DNA of 36,664 nucleotides from Candidatus Methanomethylicia archaeon. Lineage in GTDB: Archaea; Thermoproteota; Methanomethylicia; CALHIW01. Of the stretch, positions 1 through 9,870 are shown one piece after another. The notes beneath the pieces were generated by a model, which made no database searches, was not told where the DNA came from, and saw nothing but the letters and a program-made list of their open reading frames with translations. Position 1 is the stretch's first letter, and every line of letters starts with the position of its first letter. Location: assembly GCA_938030905.1 (NCBI GenBank), contig CALHIW010000013.1, forward strand, positions 1-36,664. Reading direction: 5' to 3'. A program made the position numbers and the translations under genes.

Positions 1-37
1 TAAGCAATATAGCAATAAAGCTCCTCCTGCTAACCAT
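1..37 (-). CDS. 5' end of a probable secreted protein with twin-arginine-like signal (runs off window)
   Basis: Minus-strand ATG at 37 reads MVSRRSFIAILL..., matching S-R-R-x-F-(L/I) followed by hydrophobic residues; AAAGATATTTAT (BRE/TATA-like) about 25 nt upstream. Confidence 0.5.
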   Translation of the reverse strand, partial: MVSRRSFIAILL

Positions 38-549
38 ACTATAAATACAGTTAGAGACATAAATATCTTACATCTTAAGCAACTCCACATAGAATACATT
101 GAACTATTTGCTGGAACTGTACTAAAATTTATTAGTTAAACCTCGCTAACCCATCTTAAATAATAGGATATCAAACTACATATGGGTAATGTATAATGCT
201 ATTTATGCTTAACTAAACTAATTCGTACAAGCTCAATACATTCCTCTACTCATAGTTAACATATTAATGTGATGCTGAGTTCATAATGAGCCGCCTAAAT
301 ATTTAACAGTTAAAATTCTTATGTTTTATTATATTTATAATACCATCTCCTTATACTTGAATCGTTTCAAATATATGACTTTGAATATTCAATATGAATT
401 AAGTGGAGGCTGTGATGGAATTTTATTATAGACGTGATTGAGATAAAGTTAATAAAATCCATTTACACTAGGAGGCTTTCCAGCATTATTTCTACACTAC
501 GGATTATAATAATACTATGAAGTATTGCAGTAGTTTTATAAGTATTTGA

Positions 550-2289
550 ATGTTTAGGTTTAGCGCTGTTACTGGGATGATTGTCTTGGGCAAACCTGAT
601 TTAGTACTTATTCATCCGCCAAGCATATACGATTTTAGAGAGAAGACTATACTTTATGGTCCTATTAGCGATGTTGTACCTTCAACTCCTATTTTCGAAA
701 TGTATCCTATTGGCTTCATTAGCTTAATGGGGTATCTTGAATACAATGGATTTCACATACATATCATTAACCTAGCTGTTAAAATGCTTAGAAGGAGAGA
801 CTTTAATCCTGAGAACTATCTTTCAAAAATAGAGGCTAAAGCATATGGCGTAGATATTCACTGGCTTGTCCACTCCCATGGAGGAATTGAGGTTGCAAAA
901 ATATTGAAGAAAATCAGGCCAAATAGACCAGTTATAATTGGCGGGCTTTCATCAACGTATTTCCATAGGGAAATCATTAGGAACTATTTAGAGATAGATT
1001 ACATTGTTAGAGGAGATAGTGGAGAATACCCATTGCTTAAACTCATGGAGTGTATTGAAGGTAATAAGCATCCAGTAGATGTTCCAAACATTACATGGAG
1101 GGGTGATGACGGGAAAATTCATGAGAACCCATTAACACATGTTCCAGAATCAATCGATAAATACACTATCAACTATGAATATGCTGTTAAAAATGTTGTT
1201 AGGCATTTAAATATTGAGGATTACCTACCATATGGGGACTGGCTTAGCTATCCATACTGTGCTCTTATAACATGTAAGGGATGTAGCCAAAACTGCATTA
1301 CATGCGGAGGATCAGCATATAGCTTTAGTAAAATATATGGTAGGGGGAAAGTAGCTTTAAAAAGTCCTGAAGTACTTATAGACGAAATGAGAATTATCCA
1401 AAGCTACTTTAAATCTCCAATATTCCTTCTCGGAGATATTTGGCAGTATGGTGATGAGCATGGCTTAAAAATATTAAAGCTAATAAGAAGGGAGGGAATA
1501 GATAATCCGATAACATTTGAGCTTTTCAACCCAATAAATATAGAGAAAATTGTGGAAATTGAGCGGTCATGTAGTGAATTCAGCATTGAAATATCTCCTG
1601 AAAGCCATGATGAAGACATAAGGAGGATGCAGGGAAGACTCTATAGTAATGAGATGCTTGAGAAAATGATTGAAGATAGCTTAAATCATGAATGCGCAAA
1701 GCTCGATGTATTCTTCATGATAGGGCTGCCAAGACAAACACCCAAGTCAGTTACTGAAACTATTAACTACTGTGATAGACTACTATCAAAATATAGTGAT
1801 GGAAGACTACATATATTTATAGCACCACTAGCACCATTCCTTGATCCTGGAAGTATAGCGTTTGAGAATCCGGATACTGTAGGGTATATAGTCATATTTA
1901 AAACCTTTAATGAACATAGAGAAGCACTTACAAAGCCAAGCTGGAAACATTATTTAAACTATGAGACGGTATGGATGAATAGAAGCCAAATTGTAGATTC
2001 AACATATAATGCCGCTAGGGCAATGAATTATATTAGATTTAAACATGGTATAGTTGATGAAGACCATTATGAAGCAACTAGGATGAGAATAGATTTCATA
2101 GAGAATATTACTAGAAAAATAGATAAATTCATAGCTAAGAGGAGTGGCTTAGAGAGGTTAAGAGAATATGTAAGGAAGACATATAGTATTCTATGTCCAA
2201 GAGAGGAGTTGAAAAGTGTACCGATGGCTAAGGTGAAATGGCTTAGGGGAGGATTAACATTAATGTTAAAATACCTACATATACTCTAG
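550..2289 (+). CDS. B12-binding domain radical SAM protein (resembles TIGR04190/Ta0216 family); true start may be ATG at 577
   Basis: N-terminal cobalamin-binding-like domain (DLVLIHPPSIYDFR...YPIGF...DIHWLVHSHG...IIGGLSS), CxxxCxxC motif CSQNCITC, SPES and FFMIGLP motifs. Confidence 0.85.
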   Translation: MFRFSAVTGMIVLGKPDLVLIHPPSIYDFREKTILYGPISDVVPSTPIFEMYPIGFISLMGYLEYNGFHIHIINLAVKMLRRRDFNPENYLSKIEAKAYGVDIHWLVHSHGGIEVAKILKKIRPNRPVIIGGLSSTYFHREIIRNYLEIDYIVRGDSGEYPLLKLMECIEGNKHPVDVPNITWRGDDGKIHENPLTHVPESIDKYTINYEYAVKNVVRHLNIEDYLPYGDWLSYPYCALITCKGCSQNCITCGGSAYSFSKIYGRGKVALKSPEVLIDEMRIIQSYFKSPIFLLGDIWQYGDEHGLKILKLIRREGIDNPITFELFNPINIEKIVEIERSCSEFSIEISPESHDEDIRRMQGRLYSNEMLEKMIEDSLNHECAKLDVFFMIGLPRQTPKSVTETINYCDRLLSKYSDGRLHIFIAPLAPFLDPGSIAFENPDTVGYIVIFKTFNEHREALTKPSWKHYLNYETVWMNRSQIVDSTYNAARAMNYIRFKHGIVDEDHYEATRMRIDFIENITRKIDKFIAKRSGLERLREYVRKTYSILCPREELKSVPMAKVKWLRGGLTLMLKYLHIL

Positions 2290-3485
2290 GTAAACATACT
2301 TAAAATCCTGGCAAGTATTAGGTGGGGAGTATTTTCAGCTTTCAACACTTTTGCCAGCACTTTCCTACCGAGAAATAGAGCTCCTAATCTTATAAGCTTC
2401 CTATTATACATTAATAAGTCACCTGTCTTCCTGTATAGTAGGCCGTTTTCAATAACCTTTCCAAGCACTCTATGAAGCTCCAAGCTATAGCTTAATCCTC
2501 TACCCTCAACAATCGATTTTAAACAGTTACTTGCAATACATCCTGAAATCATAGCATTAACTATTCCAGCACCATTAATAGGCTCACATGTTCCAGCAGC
2601 ATCCCCAATAAGCATTACACACCCACTTTCAACATTACTTACAATTCCACCTACAGGTACAGTTTTCAAGTAGAAAAGTTCAGTCGGTCTAGCTCCCTTA
2701 AGAAATGAGGACTCAACATCACTCAGAAACTTCTTAAAACACTCAACTATCTTAAAACCCTTCTTAACTAAATACATTCTAACTCCAAGCCCTACATTTG
2801 CTCTACCACCACCCTTAGGTATTATCCATCCAAATCCTCCAGGAGCATAGCGTGGCGATATAAATACATAAACCTTACTTTCATCAATTTTAAGACTTGA
2901 AAACCTCTGGTTAATACATAGAGCAATATCCTTATCATCATATCCACTATCAATACTGAATACTTGAGAAACTCTTGATGGAGTGGAGTCAGCACCAATA
3001 AGATAGTCAACTTTAAAACTCAACTCAACACCTCCCCTCTTAGCCTTAAATATAATTACTCCATCTCTATATTTAGCATCTGTAAAAAATGCAGAGTTAA
3101 CCAGCTTTACACCATTTCTCTCAGCATCATCAACTATTTGCTGAATCATTAAATCCTTACGTATAACGTAACCATCAAGCTTAATATCTAGAAGTGGTCT
3201 TCCACCCTCTAGATAAATTTCTATAAGAGATATTTTATTCTCTACAATATTTCTACCTACAATGTACTTATATGATTCATCAACATCTCTACTATCACGT
3301 ATAATTCCACTATCTACGTAAAGCCTCCTGGTTTCATTAGGTGTTAGTAGAAACTCCCCGCATACAATGTGTGAGCTAGGCTTAGCTTTACGTTCAACAA
3401 CTAAAACATCAAAGCCCAACTTTGCAGCTAATAGTGAAAACAAAGCACCACTAGGACCAGAGCCAATAACAGCTACTGAAACCAT
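2286..3485 (-). CDS. Geranylgeranyl reductase family FAD-dependent oxidoreductase
   Basis: GSGPSG Rossmann motif, VCGE, GADS, PGGFGWIIP (PxxYxWxFP-like), ANVGLG, GDAAG...GAGI. Confidence 0.88.
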   Translation of the reverse strand: MVSVAVIGSGPSGALFSLLAAKLGFDVLVVERKAKPSSHIVCGEFLLTPNETRRLYVDSGIIRDSRDVDESYKYIVGRNIVENKISLIEIYLEGGRPLLDIKLDGYVIRKDLMIQQIVDDAERNGVKLVNSAFFTDAKYRDGVIIFKAKRGGVELSFKVDYLIGADSTPSRVSQVFSIDSGYDDKDIALCINQRFSSLKIDESKVYVFISPRYAPGGFGWIIPKGGGRANVGLGVRMYLVKKGFKIVECFKKFLSDVESSFLKGARPTELFYLKTVPVGGIVSNVESGCVMLIGDAAGTCEPINGAGIVNAMISGCIASNCLKSIVEGRGLSYSLELHRVLGKVIENGLLYRKTGDLLMYNRKLIRLGALFLGRKVLAKVLKAENTPHLILARILSMFT

Positions 3486-3551
3486 ACAATACCAAGCTAA
3501 TAAAATTTAAATATTTAACTCGCAATTCAAGTCAAACCATATTGGTGAGTA

Positions 3552-4250
3552 ATGCTGAACACTAGGAATTTATGGATTAATATTATTGAAAGCCTAAGAG
3601 AGATAATTCCATATTATGATTTAATGAATAAAATAATATCACTTAGTAGGGATATTAAGTATAGAGTTGAGGGGTTGAAGATGATTGTAAAAGGAGGAGA
3701 GTTAATGCTTGATGCAGGTAGTGGTGCAGGAATATTGACATTAATAGCTTTTAAAATAGGAGTTTTAGAGTCAGTACTTCTCGACCCATTAATTGAAATG
3801 CATATTGAAGCTAGAAGAAGAATGAGAAACTATAAAAACATGTATAGTGTTAGAGGTGTTTTCGAATATCCACCATTTAGAAAGAATGCGTTCAACATTA
3901 TAGGATGCGCATTCTCTCTTAGAGATGCTAGAAACATTATTAGAGCAGCTAAAATGCTAACTGAAAAACTAAAACCTAATGGATATATACTAATAGTTGA
4001 TATAGGAAAGCCGGAAAGCCATATTTTAAGCTTTACACTACACATCTATTGGAGATATATAGTCCCAATAATAGCTGCAATAATAGTAAGAAGGAAGTGG
4101 AGAAAATATACAGCTCTAGGTGAAACATATCTTAAACTACCTGAAAACAACCAGCTAAAGAGACTTCTTAAAACACTCTATAAAGTAGTAGTGTTCAAAG
4201 AGAAGTTTATGGGTGGGGGATTAATAGCCATAGGGAAGTTTAGAAGATAA
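3552..4250 (+). CDS. Class I SAM methyltransferase, UbiE/MenG-like
   Basis: YDLMNKIIS, LDAGSGAG motif I, PF...F..I.CAFSLRD, LKPNG. Confidence 0.8.
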   Translation: MLNTRNLWINIIESLREIIPYYDLMNKIISLSRDIKYRVEGLKMIVKGGELMLDAGSGAGILTLIAFKIGVLESVLLDPLIEMHIEARRRMRNYKNMYSVRGVFEYPPFRKNAFNIIGCAFSLRDARNIIRAAKMLTEKLKPNGYILIVDIGKPESHILSFTLHIYWRYIVPIIAAIIVRRKWRKYTALGETYLKLPENNQLKRLLKTLYKVVVFKEKFMGGGLIAIGKFRR

Positions 4251-4497
4251 TTAGTATTCTATTATAGTTAAGGCTATAATTAGGTTTCCCAGTTTAAGCT
4301 ATGGTGAAAGCTAAGTGAAAAATAAAGAATCTTAGAATAACATCACATAAACTTAATAGAGAGAACTAAAGTTTAAAGTGGAATAAATTGTCTTAAAATT
4401 TAAATCATTATTTAGAATTCATAGAGTTAGATAAATTGTCAGTGGGTTTAAATAGTGTTATGCTTTATAGTGCTGGAGAGTACTGGTAGGTGAGCTA

Positions 4498-5346
4498 ATG
4501 GTTAAAGCATACATGCCCCTTCCACTATTTCCAGCGATATCTATAACTGGGGAATGGTGTGGCTTAAAATGTAAGTATTGTGGGGGGGAGCTTCTTAAAG
4601 GTATGTTAAGAGTTAATACACCCCATGAGCTTTACAGTCTATGTAGGAGGCTTAAGGAGAATGGGGTTATTGGCTGCCTGATTAGTGGAGGATTTAACAA
4701 GAATGGAATACTACCTATTAAACCATTTATACAGGCTATACGTGATATTAAGAGGAATTTAGAGTTTATCATTAGTATTCATGTTGGTTTTGCTGGTAGA
4801 GATTATGCTAAAATATTAAGAGATTGTGGTGTTGATATAGTGGATTTAAACATTATTAATAGTATTAGGGTATTTAGAGATGTTATGGGTTTAAATGCTA
4901 ATTCAAGCATTATGGAGGAAACAATTAAAAACCTTAGAGACTACGGCCCACCATACATTGCACCACATATTATGATTGGGGCAGATTATGGTAAAGTATA
5001 CTGGGAAATTGAAGCTATTGATCTTTTAAAAGACATAGATTTGGATACTCTAATATTTGTTGTATTTTCACCAATACATGGTACAGATATGGAGTATGTT
5101 TCAAGCCCAAACATCATAGATGTAGTTAAAGTATTTCAACAAGCCAGGAGAAAGCTTTCAAATATTGAAATCGGGCTTGGATGTGCTAGACCTCGAGGAA
5201 GCTATAGTGTAAAGCTTGAGAAGAAACTCATACAAAATAGACTTGTTGATAGAGTAGTAATACCTAGTAGAGCTAGTGAATACTTAATGTCATGCTGTTC
5301 AATACCTAAAGAGCTTGAAGACAGAATTCCAAGAAAACACTTATAG
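4498..5346 (+). CDS. Biotin-synthase-related radical SAM protein, LipS1-like (archaeal lipoyl synthase subunit)
   Basis: SITG..CGLKCKYC, GCLISGG, APHIMIG, plus C-terminal GCAR and CC motifs as recalled for Thermococcus LipS1. Confidence 0.65.
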   Translation: MVKAYMPLPLFPAISITGEWCGLKCKYCGGELLKGMLRVNTPHELYSLCRRLKENGVIGCLISGGFNKNGILPIKPFIQAIRDIKRNLEFIISIHVGFAGRDYAKILRDCGVDIVDLNIINSIRVFRDVMGLNANSSIMEETIKNLRDYGPPYIAPHIMIGADYGKVYWEIEAIDLLKDIDLDTLIFVVFSPIHGTDMEYVSSPNIIDVVKVFQQARRKLSNIEIGLGCARPRGSYSVKLEKKLIQNRLVDRVVIPSRASEYLMSCCSIPKELEDRIPRKHL

Positions 5347-5393
5347 ATATTTAAACAGCTGGAAAAATTTAAGTTTTACAGCTACGCATATAT

Positions 5394-6116
5394 GTGATGC
5401 CGGTACACATTATAGCTAAGCCTGAAGACATAGCGAAAAGAGCTATTATTGCAGGAGACCCTGCGAGAGTTGAGCAGATAGCTGGAATGCTTGAAAACCC
5501 ATATCTAGTAAATAGTAATAGAGGATACATAACATATACGGGATACTATAAGGGTGAGAGAGTAACTGTAGCAACACATGGTGTTGGAGCTCCATCAGCA
5601 GCTATTGTAGTTGAGGAGTTGAAAATGCTTGGAGTTGAAGTAATCATTAGGCTTGGAACAACGGGGGCGCTTATTAATAATCTTGAAATAGGGGATATAG
5701 TAATACCTACAGGTGCATCATATCCATATGGTGGTAATACTACAAGTATGTATACACCAGATGGCTACATGGCAGCTGTACCTAACCCTATAGTTCTAGG
5801 TAAGCTAATAGAGAAAGCTAGAATATTCAATGTAAGATTTACTGCTGGACCAATATTTAGCAGTGATGCATTCTATGCAGAGGATCCACTATTCGTTAGG
5901 AGGTGGGCTTTAAGAGGAATGATATCGGTTGAGATGGAATGCGCAGCGGTCTTCATAGTTGGATTACTAAGAAAAATTAAAACAGGAGCTCTACTAATTG
6001 TAAGTAATAATTTAACTAGAGAAGATAGAAAGGAGATACCGGTTGCTGAAGGTCTTAAAAAATATGTAGATGTTGCTTCAAGAATAGCTCTTGAAACAAT
6101 AGTAGAGATACAGTAG
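5394..6116 (+). CDS. deoD: Purine nucleoside / methylthioadenosine phosphorylase (DeoD-type)
   Basis: GDPARV, THGVGAPSAAIVVEEL, IRLGTTG, SSDAFY, VEMECAA motifs. Confidence 0.9.
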   Translation: MMPVHIIAKPEDIAKRAIIAGDPARVEQIAGMLENPYLVNSNRGYITYTGYYKGERVTVATHGVGAPSAAIVVEELKMLGVEVIIRLGTTGALINNLEIGDIVIPTGASYPYGGNTTSMYTPDGYMAAVPNPIVLGKLIEKARIFNVRFTAGPIFSSDAFYAEDPLFVRRWALRGMISVEMECAAVFIVGLLRKIKTGALLIVSNNLTREDRKEIPVAEGLKKYVDVASRIALETIVEIQ

Positions 6117-6139
6117 TAAGTAGCTAGCTACTAGTAATA

Positions 6140-7141
6140 TAGAACCATCGGTTTTGAAGTTGAGAAGATGTTGTTTCCCCCTATGTTAAGATTGCGAGGA
6201 AAGATCATTTGGACCTTAAGAAGGAGGCGGAAAGAAGCTATGTGATGAATTGCTAAAAGATCAGGAGTTTTCAAAGCACTACGTTGATTTCACGGTCAAT
6301 TCGGTCATAGGACCCGTTAAAGGATTGATATCGCTCTACAATCAGGGGAGGGTGAAGAGAAAACCTGAGATAATAAAAGGAATAGTCTTTTCAGCCTTAG
6401 AAATAACATTTTGAGAATTAGCATCAAGCCAAATAAAAGGTTTCTCGATTTAACGAAGTATTTCCTGGCTTCCAAAAGATTTCGATAGAGTCGGTGGCTG
6501 CTTTTGACTGAAAAGAAGCTTATAATCCCGTTCAAGAAAAGCGTAGAGCAAAAGCGGAGAAATTCGCCTCATTCAACGTAAACTTAACAAATATAACTGC
6601 TTTCATAGATGGGGGAATAGAATGCTACGATCTAAGGGGCTTTACCACATTCACAGAACTTACAAGATAAAGTGAAGAAGGATTCAGAAACTCACAAAGT
6701 TCAAGCCGAAGACTTTGAAAAAGCTTTTGGAGAAGTATTCGAAGCGTGAAAGAAATAGAGCAAAGGACTTCATGTACAAGCTCACAACTTTGATAGCAAA
6801 GACTTAAAGAGCTTAAAAGCGGAGCAATTCTTAGGGCATCAAGAGAATCAGAGAAAGAGTTTTCACGACTCTAAAAAATGAACAGAAAGCTTTCAACATG
6901 GAACGCGAGGACTTTTCAATTCATGCTTGAATACAGGCTGGATTGGTTGGAACTACTTGTGAAACACGTTGATTCAAAAACAGCTCCAAGACGCCCTCTC
7001 TGCTCTGGAAGCTTAGCCTCCTATGAGGGTATGTTGATGAGATGTGAGAGATGTAATTTAGCGGTGGATAGAGATGTTGTAGCTGTTTTGAACCTTCAGA
7101 TGTGGGGGTTTGGATTCACCCCGAAGGCCTCAATGAGCTAA
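6140..7141 (+). pseudogene. tnpB: IS200/IS605-family TnpB (RNA-guided endonuclease) pseudogene, multiply frameshifted and 5'-truncated
   Basis: Fragments across frames: KHYVD, FNVNLTNI (RuvC-I, D to N), LLEKYSKRERNRAKDFMYKLTT, NRKLSTWN..FQFMLEY, partial Zn ribbon CERC, DRDVVAVLNL (RuvC-III); left boundary approximate. Confidence 0.85.
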
Positions 7142-7208
7142 TCGAGAGGGATGGGTTAGGTAGGAATGAAAGTAATGGAAAGCTATATATTCCTATTTAA
7201 CTCAGAAC
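6140..7208 (+). mobile_element. Degenerate IS605/IS1341-like element with tnpB only; right end inferred at ...TTTAACTCAGAAC
   Basis: tnpB remnant plus ~70 nt tail; sequence character changes back to host-like after ~7208; no tnpA visible; ends inferred. Confidence 0.6.
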
Positions 7209-7456
7209 CCGTCATTAGAGTTGAGGTGAAGGTTGAGGTTGATGCCCTAAGGCTTAAAAATGTATTTATGAATTTTACATTGGCTAAAATGCTAAATCCT
7301 GATGTAAAAACAATTCTAGTATATGTTAATTGGAATGTGTTAGAGATTCTTAAATATATTATGTTGAAATATGTTGATAGGCTTTACTGGTTTGGATCTG
7401 GATGAATGGGTAATGTGAATGAATTTATAGATTATTTAAATCAAGCTATATCATAA
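7209..7456 (+). pseudogene. 3' remnant of a host gene, possibly PD-(D/E)xK nuclease-like
   Basis: Frame reads VIRVEVKVEVDA...YWFGSG*, then continues in frame MGNVNEFIDYLNQAIS*; the ORF-track start at 7166 lies in the IS tail. Confidence 0.35.
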
Positions 7457-7473
7457 ATATATTGATAAGTCTA

Positions 7474-9822
7474 CTAAAAGAAGGATTCAAGTCCTCTACC
7501 GGCAGATTTAATAAGCTTTTCAAGATCTTTTTCCTTCACCCCAACAGTTTCAAGTATTCTAGCGCATACTGGAATTAGCTGCTTTTCAATATAGTATTCT
7601 AAATCAACCTCATTTAGAGATGTTTTTGAATAGTGTTTAGCTCTTGTATATATTGGTCCAGTACCCTTGGTTACTATAAACCCTATATAATCCCCCTTAT
7701 CCACACTCCATTCATCTTCTTTAAGAGCATGAGCTACAACAACATGTGGAGCATTTACCTCATACTCTTCAAGCCTCTTTGCGAGCTGCTTCCATATAAT
7801 AAGGCTTTCTAAATTAACCTGCCTATTTCTTAGCTTAGCTACTCTATCCCTAACAAAATCTATTAAACTACTTCTATCTTCACCTTTAAGTAGCTTCTCC
7901 ACAAGGGCTTTCTGTATTTCCTTAGCATACCTACACCAGTCCCCTCTAACAGCCTCCAGCCCTACTATATCTAGAACACCATCAACAGTTATACCTGCAT
8001 ACTTCTTCTTAGCCTCTGTAAATACTACCTTACTATATATCTTATCTATTTTAGCTTCCAATCCAAGATCTCTATTAATCCATTCAAGAAGTTTACCTAT
8101 TCTCTCCTCATCATACTTTATAAATATGCTATCAGTATCTCCATAAATAACTTCTAATCCTAGTTCTGATGCCTTCCTTATGGTTTCAGAAATTATTCTA
8201 CGACCTAGACTCGCTACTGTTTCAGCTCCCTCTTTAAGATACCATCTAGCACCTACCCACCCCATATATCCATACATAGCATTAGCTAAAACCTTCAATA
8301 TCTTCTGAGCTGAATCTAGAAACCTATACTCTGCACTATCCTTAGGATACTTATTCATCTCCACTCTTACCCTCTCTCTCTCCCTAATGGTGGTTTCCAG
8401 AATATGGGTGAAGAAGCCCTTTCTATCCTGTATTATGCATGTATTAGCATCCTTAACCTCAATAATATTTCTAAACCCTACACATGGTAGAGGCTTTACA
8501 GTATCTGGTGATATATTGTATTTCAACATTAAGCTCGGATACATTGCCTTAAAGTCAACAACAGCTATTTCCTCATGTACACCCATTCTAGGTGTAAGTA
8601 CTCTCCCACCTGGATAGCTTGGGAAAACCTTTCCCTTCACTTTAGGTATAAGTTCACCACGTTTAACAGCCTCCCTCATTAAGAAGTTTTCAAGTCGGAA
8701 GCCTGCAGCCGCCGTGAAAACATGGTCTACAGGTATACCTGTAATTGCTGAGAGACTAAATACATAGTCTGATATCATGTTGAAAATAGTTAGATATGTT
8801 TTAGCTCTCCACATAGAGTATTTTAAAAGCATACTTCTCCCATCTTCATCAATCCAGTATTTTGAATGGTAGAATTCATCTATAGATTCAGTATCAACTC
8901 CAATACCTAAATACTCAGCAAGCTCTTCAATGGTTCCCCTTTCAAGCTCAGCTATTTCATCAGCATACTCCTTTAAGTCGAAGTTTATCCTACCAGCTAC
9001 TGAGAAGTGGCCGTAGAGGCTTTGATGAGGTTCACTATTAATCTTACCTACTTCAAGCTTTAACTCATGCCTACTACATCTCTTAAGTAGGAAGGGCCAG
9101 TGAAATGTGTTTAGCTTAAACCCAACAATTACGTCGGGATCAAAGCTTTTAATAGCTTCTATAAAGGACTTTAAAACTTCATATTCACTACCTGCGAACT
9201 GTATGTTTTCACCATTGCTTTTAGCTATTGAAATAGCTACAATAGGATTTATTTCAGGCTTTGGTGAGCCTTTATCAGAGTAATATATGAAGTCAACCCC
9301 TATAATTTTCAAGTTTGGATTAGAAGTAGTTTCAACTCTACGTATAGAATTGAGAATATATACTTTATCTACACCATCCCTAAATGTAACATCGGAATTC
9401 TCAACTTCAGCTTCATACCATGATGAGGGGGAAATGTCATTATCTAGTAGAAACCTATTAGAGAAACGTACATCATCCTCGAAAAGCTCCCCATTAAATA
9501 CTCTGCTCTTAATAGCTTTAATAACATCCTCGGATTTTGAGGGTATACATGAAACCTCAATAGTGTTCTTCTCATCACCGAAGCTTCTCTTAATAGTAGG
9601 TTTACATTCAATAACACCAGGTAGATCTCTAATACTGTTTAGAACCCTATCCAACTCCGCATCATTACCGATTACTACATAGAATTTCTGCTTCTGATTT
9701 AAACATCTAAAAATACATCTCCTACCATCTCTTGTAATCCCCCATATCCAAATTTCATCAAATCCATTAACCTGCTCAGCTGATACGTCAACTAGCCAGA
9801 AAACCTCCCTCATCATCCCCAA
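7474..9822 (-). CDS. polB: Family B DNA polymerase (PolB3-like) with degenerate 3'-5' exonuclease motifs
   Basis: Pol motifs DFKAMYPS, KVLANAMYGY, YGDTDS, KKKYAG, GLEAVRGDW intact; C-terminal PIP-like GLESFF; ExoI DFI, ExoII GFKLNTFH, ExoIII YSMWR lack acidic ligands. Confidence 0.95.
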   Translation of the reverse strand: MGMMREVFWLVDVSAEQVNGFDEIWIWGITRDGRRCIFRCLNQKQKFYVVIGNDAELDRVLNSIRDLPGVIECKPTIKRSFGDEKNTIEVSCIPSKSEDVIKAIKSRVFNGELFEDDVRFSNRFLLDNDISPSSWYEAEVENSDVTFRDGVDKVYILNSIRRVETTSNPNLKIIGVDFIYYSDKGSPKPEINPIVAISIAKSNGENIQFAGSEYEVLKSFIEAIKSFDPDVIVGFKLNTFHWPFLLKRCSRHELKLEVGKINSEPHQSLYGHFSVAGRINFDLKEYADEIAELERGTIEELAEYLGIGVDTESIDEFYHSKYWIDEDGRSMLLKYSMWRAKTYLTIFNMISDYVFSLSAITGIPVDHVFTAAAGFRLENFLMREAVKRGELIPKVKGKVFPSYPGGRVLTPRMGVHEEIAVVDFKAMYPSLMLKYNISPDTVKPLPCVGFRNIIEVKDANTCIIQDRKGFFTHILETTIRERERVRVEMNKYPKDSAEYRFLDSAQKILKVLANAMYGYMGWVGARWYLKEGAETVASLGRRIISETIRKASELGLEVIYGDTDSIFIKYDEERIGKLLEWINRDLGLEAKIDKIYSKVVFTEAKKKYAGITVDGVLDIVGLEAVRGDWCRYAKEIQKALVEKLLKGEDRSSLIDFVRDRVAKLRNRQVNLESLIIWKQLAKRLEEYEVNAPHVVVAHALKEDEWSVDKGDYIGFIVTKGTGPIYTRAKHYSKTSLNEVDLEYYIEKQLIPVCARILETVGVKEKDLEKLIKSAGRGLESFF

Positions 9823-9870
9823 TAAATTTAGTAAACATCCTTAAAATACTTTCCTATAGTATAGTGGCTT

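Noticed and set aside
7166-7405. 79-aa ORF as a real gene
   Set aside because: Appears chimeric: its start lies in the IS tail, fused to a truncated host-gene remnant
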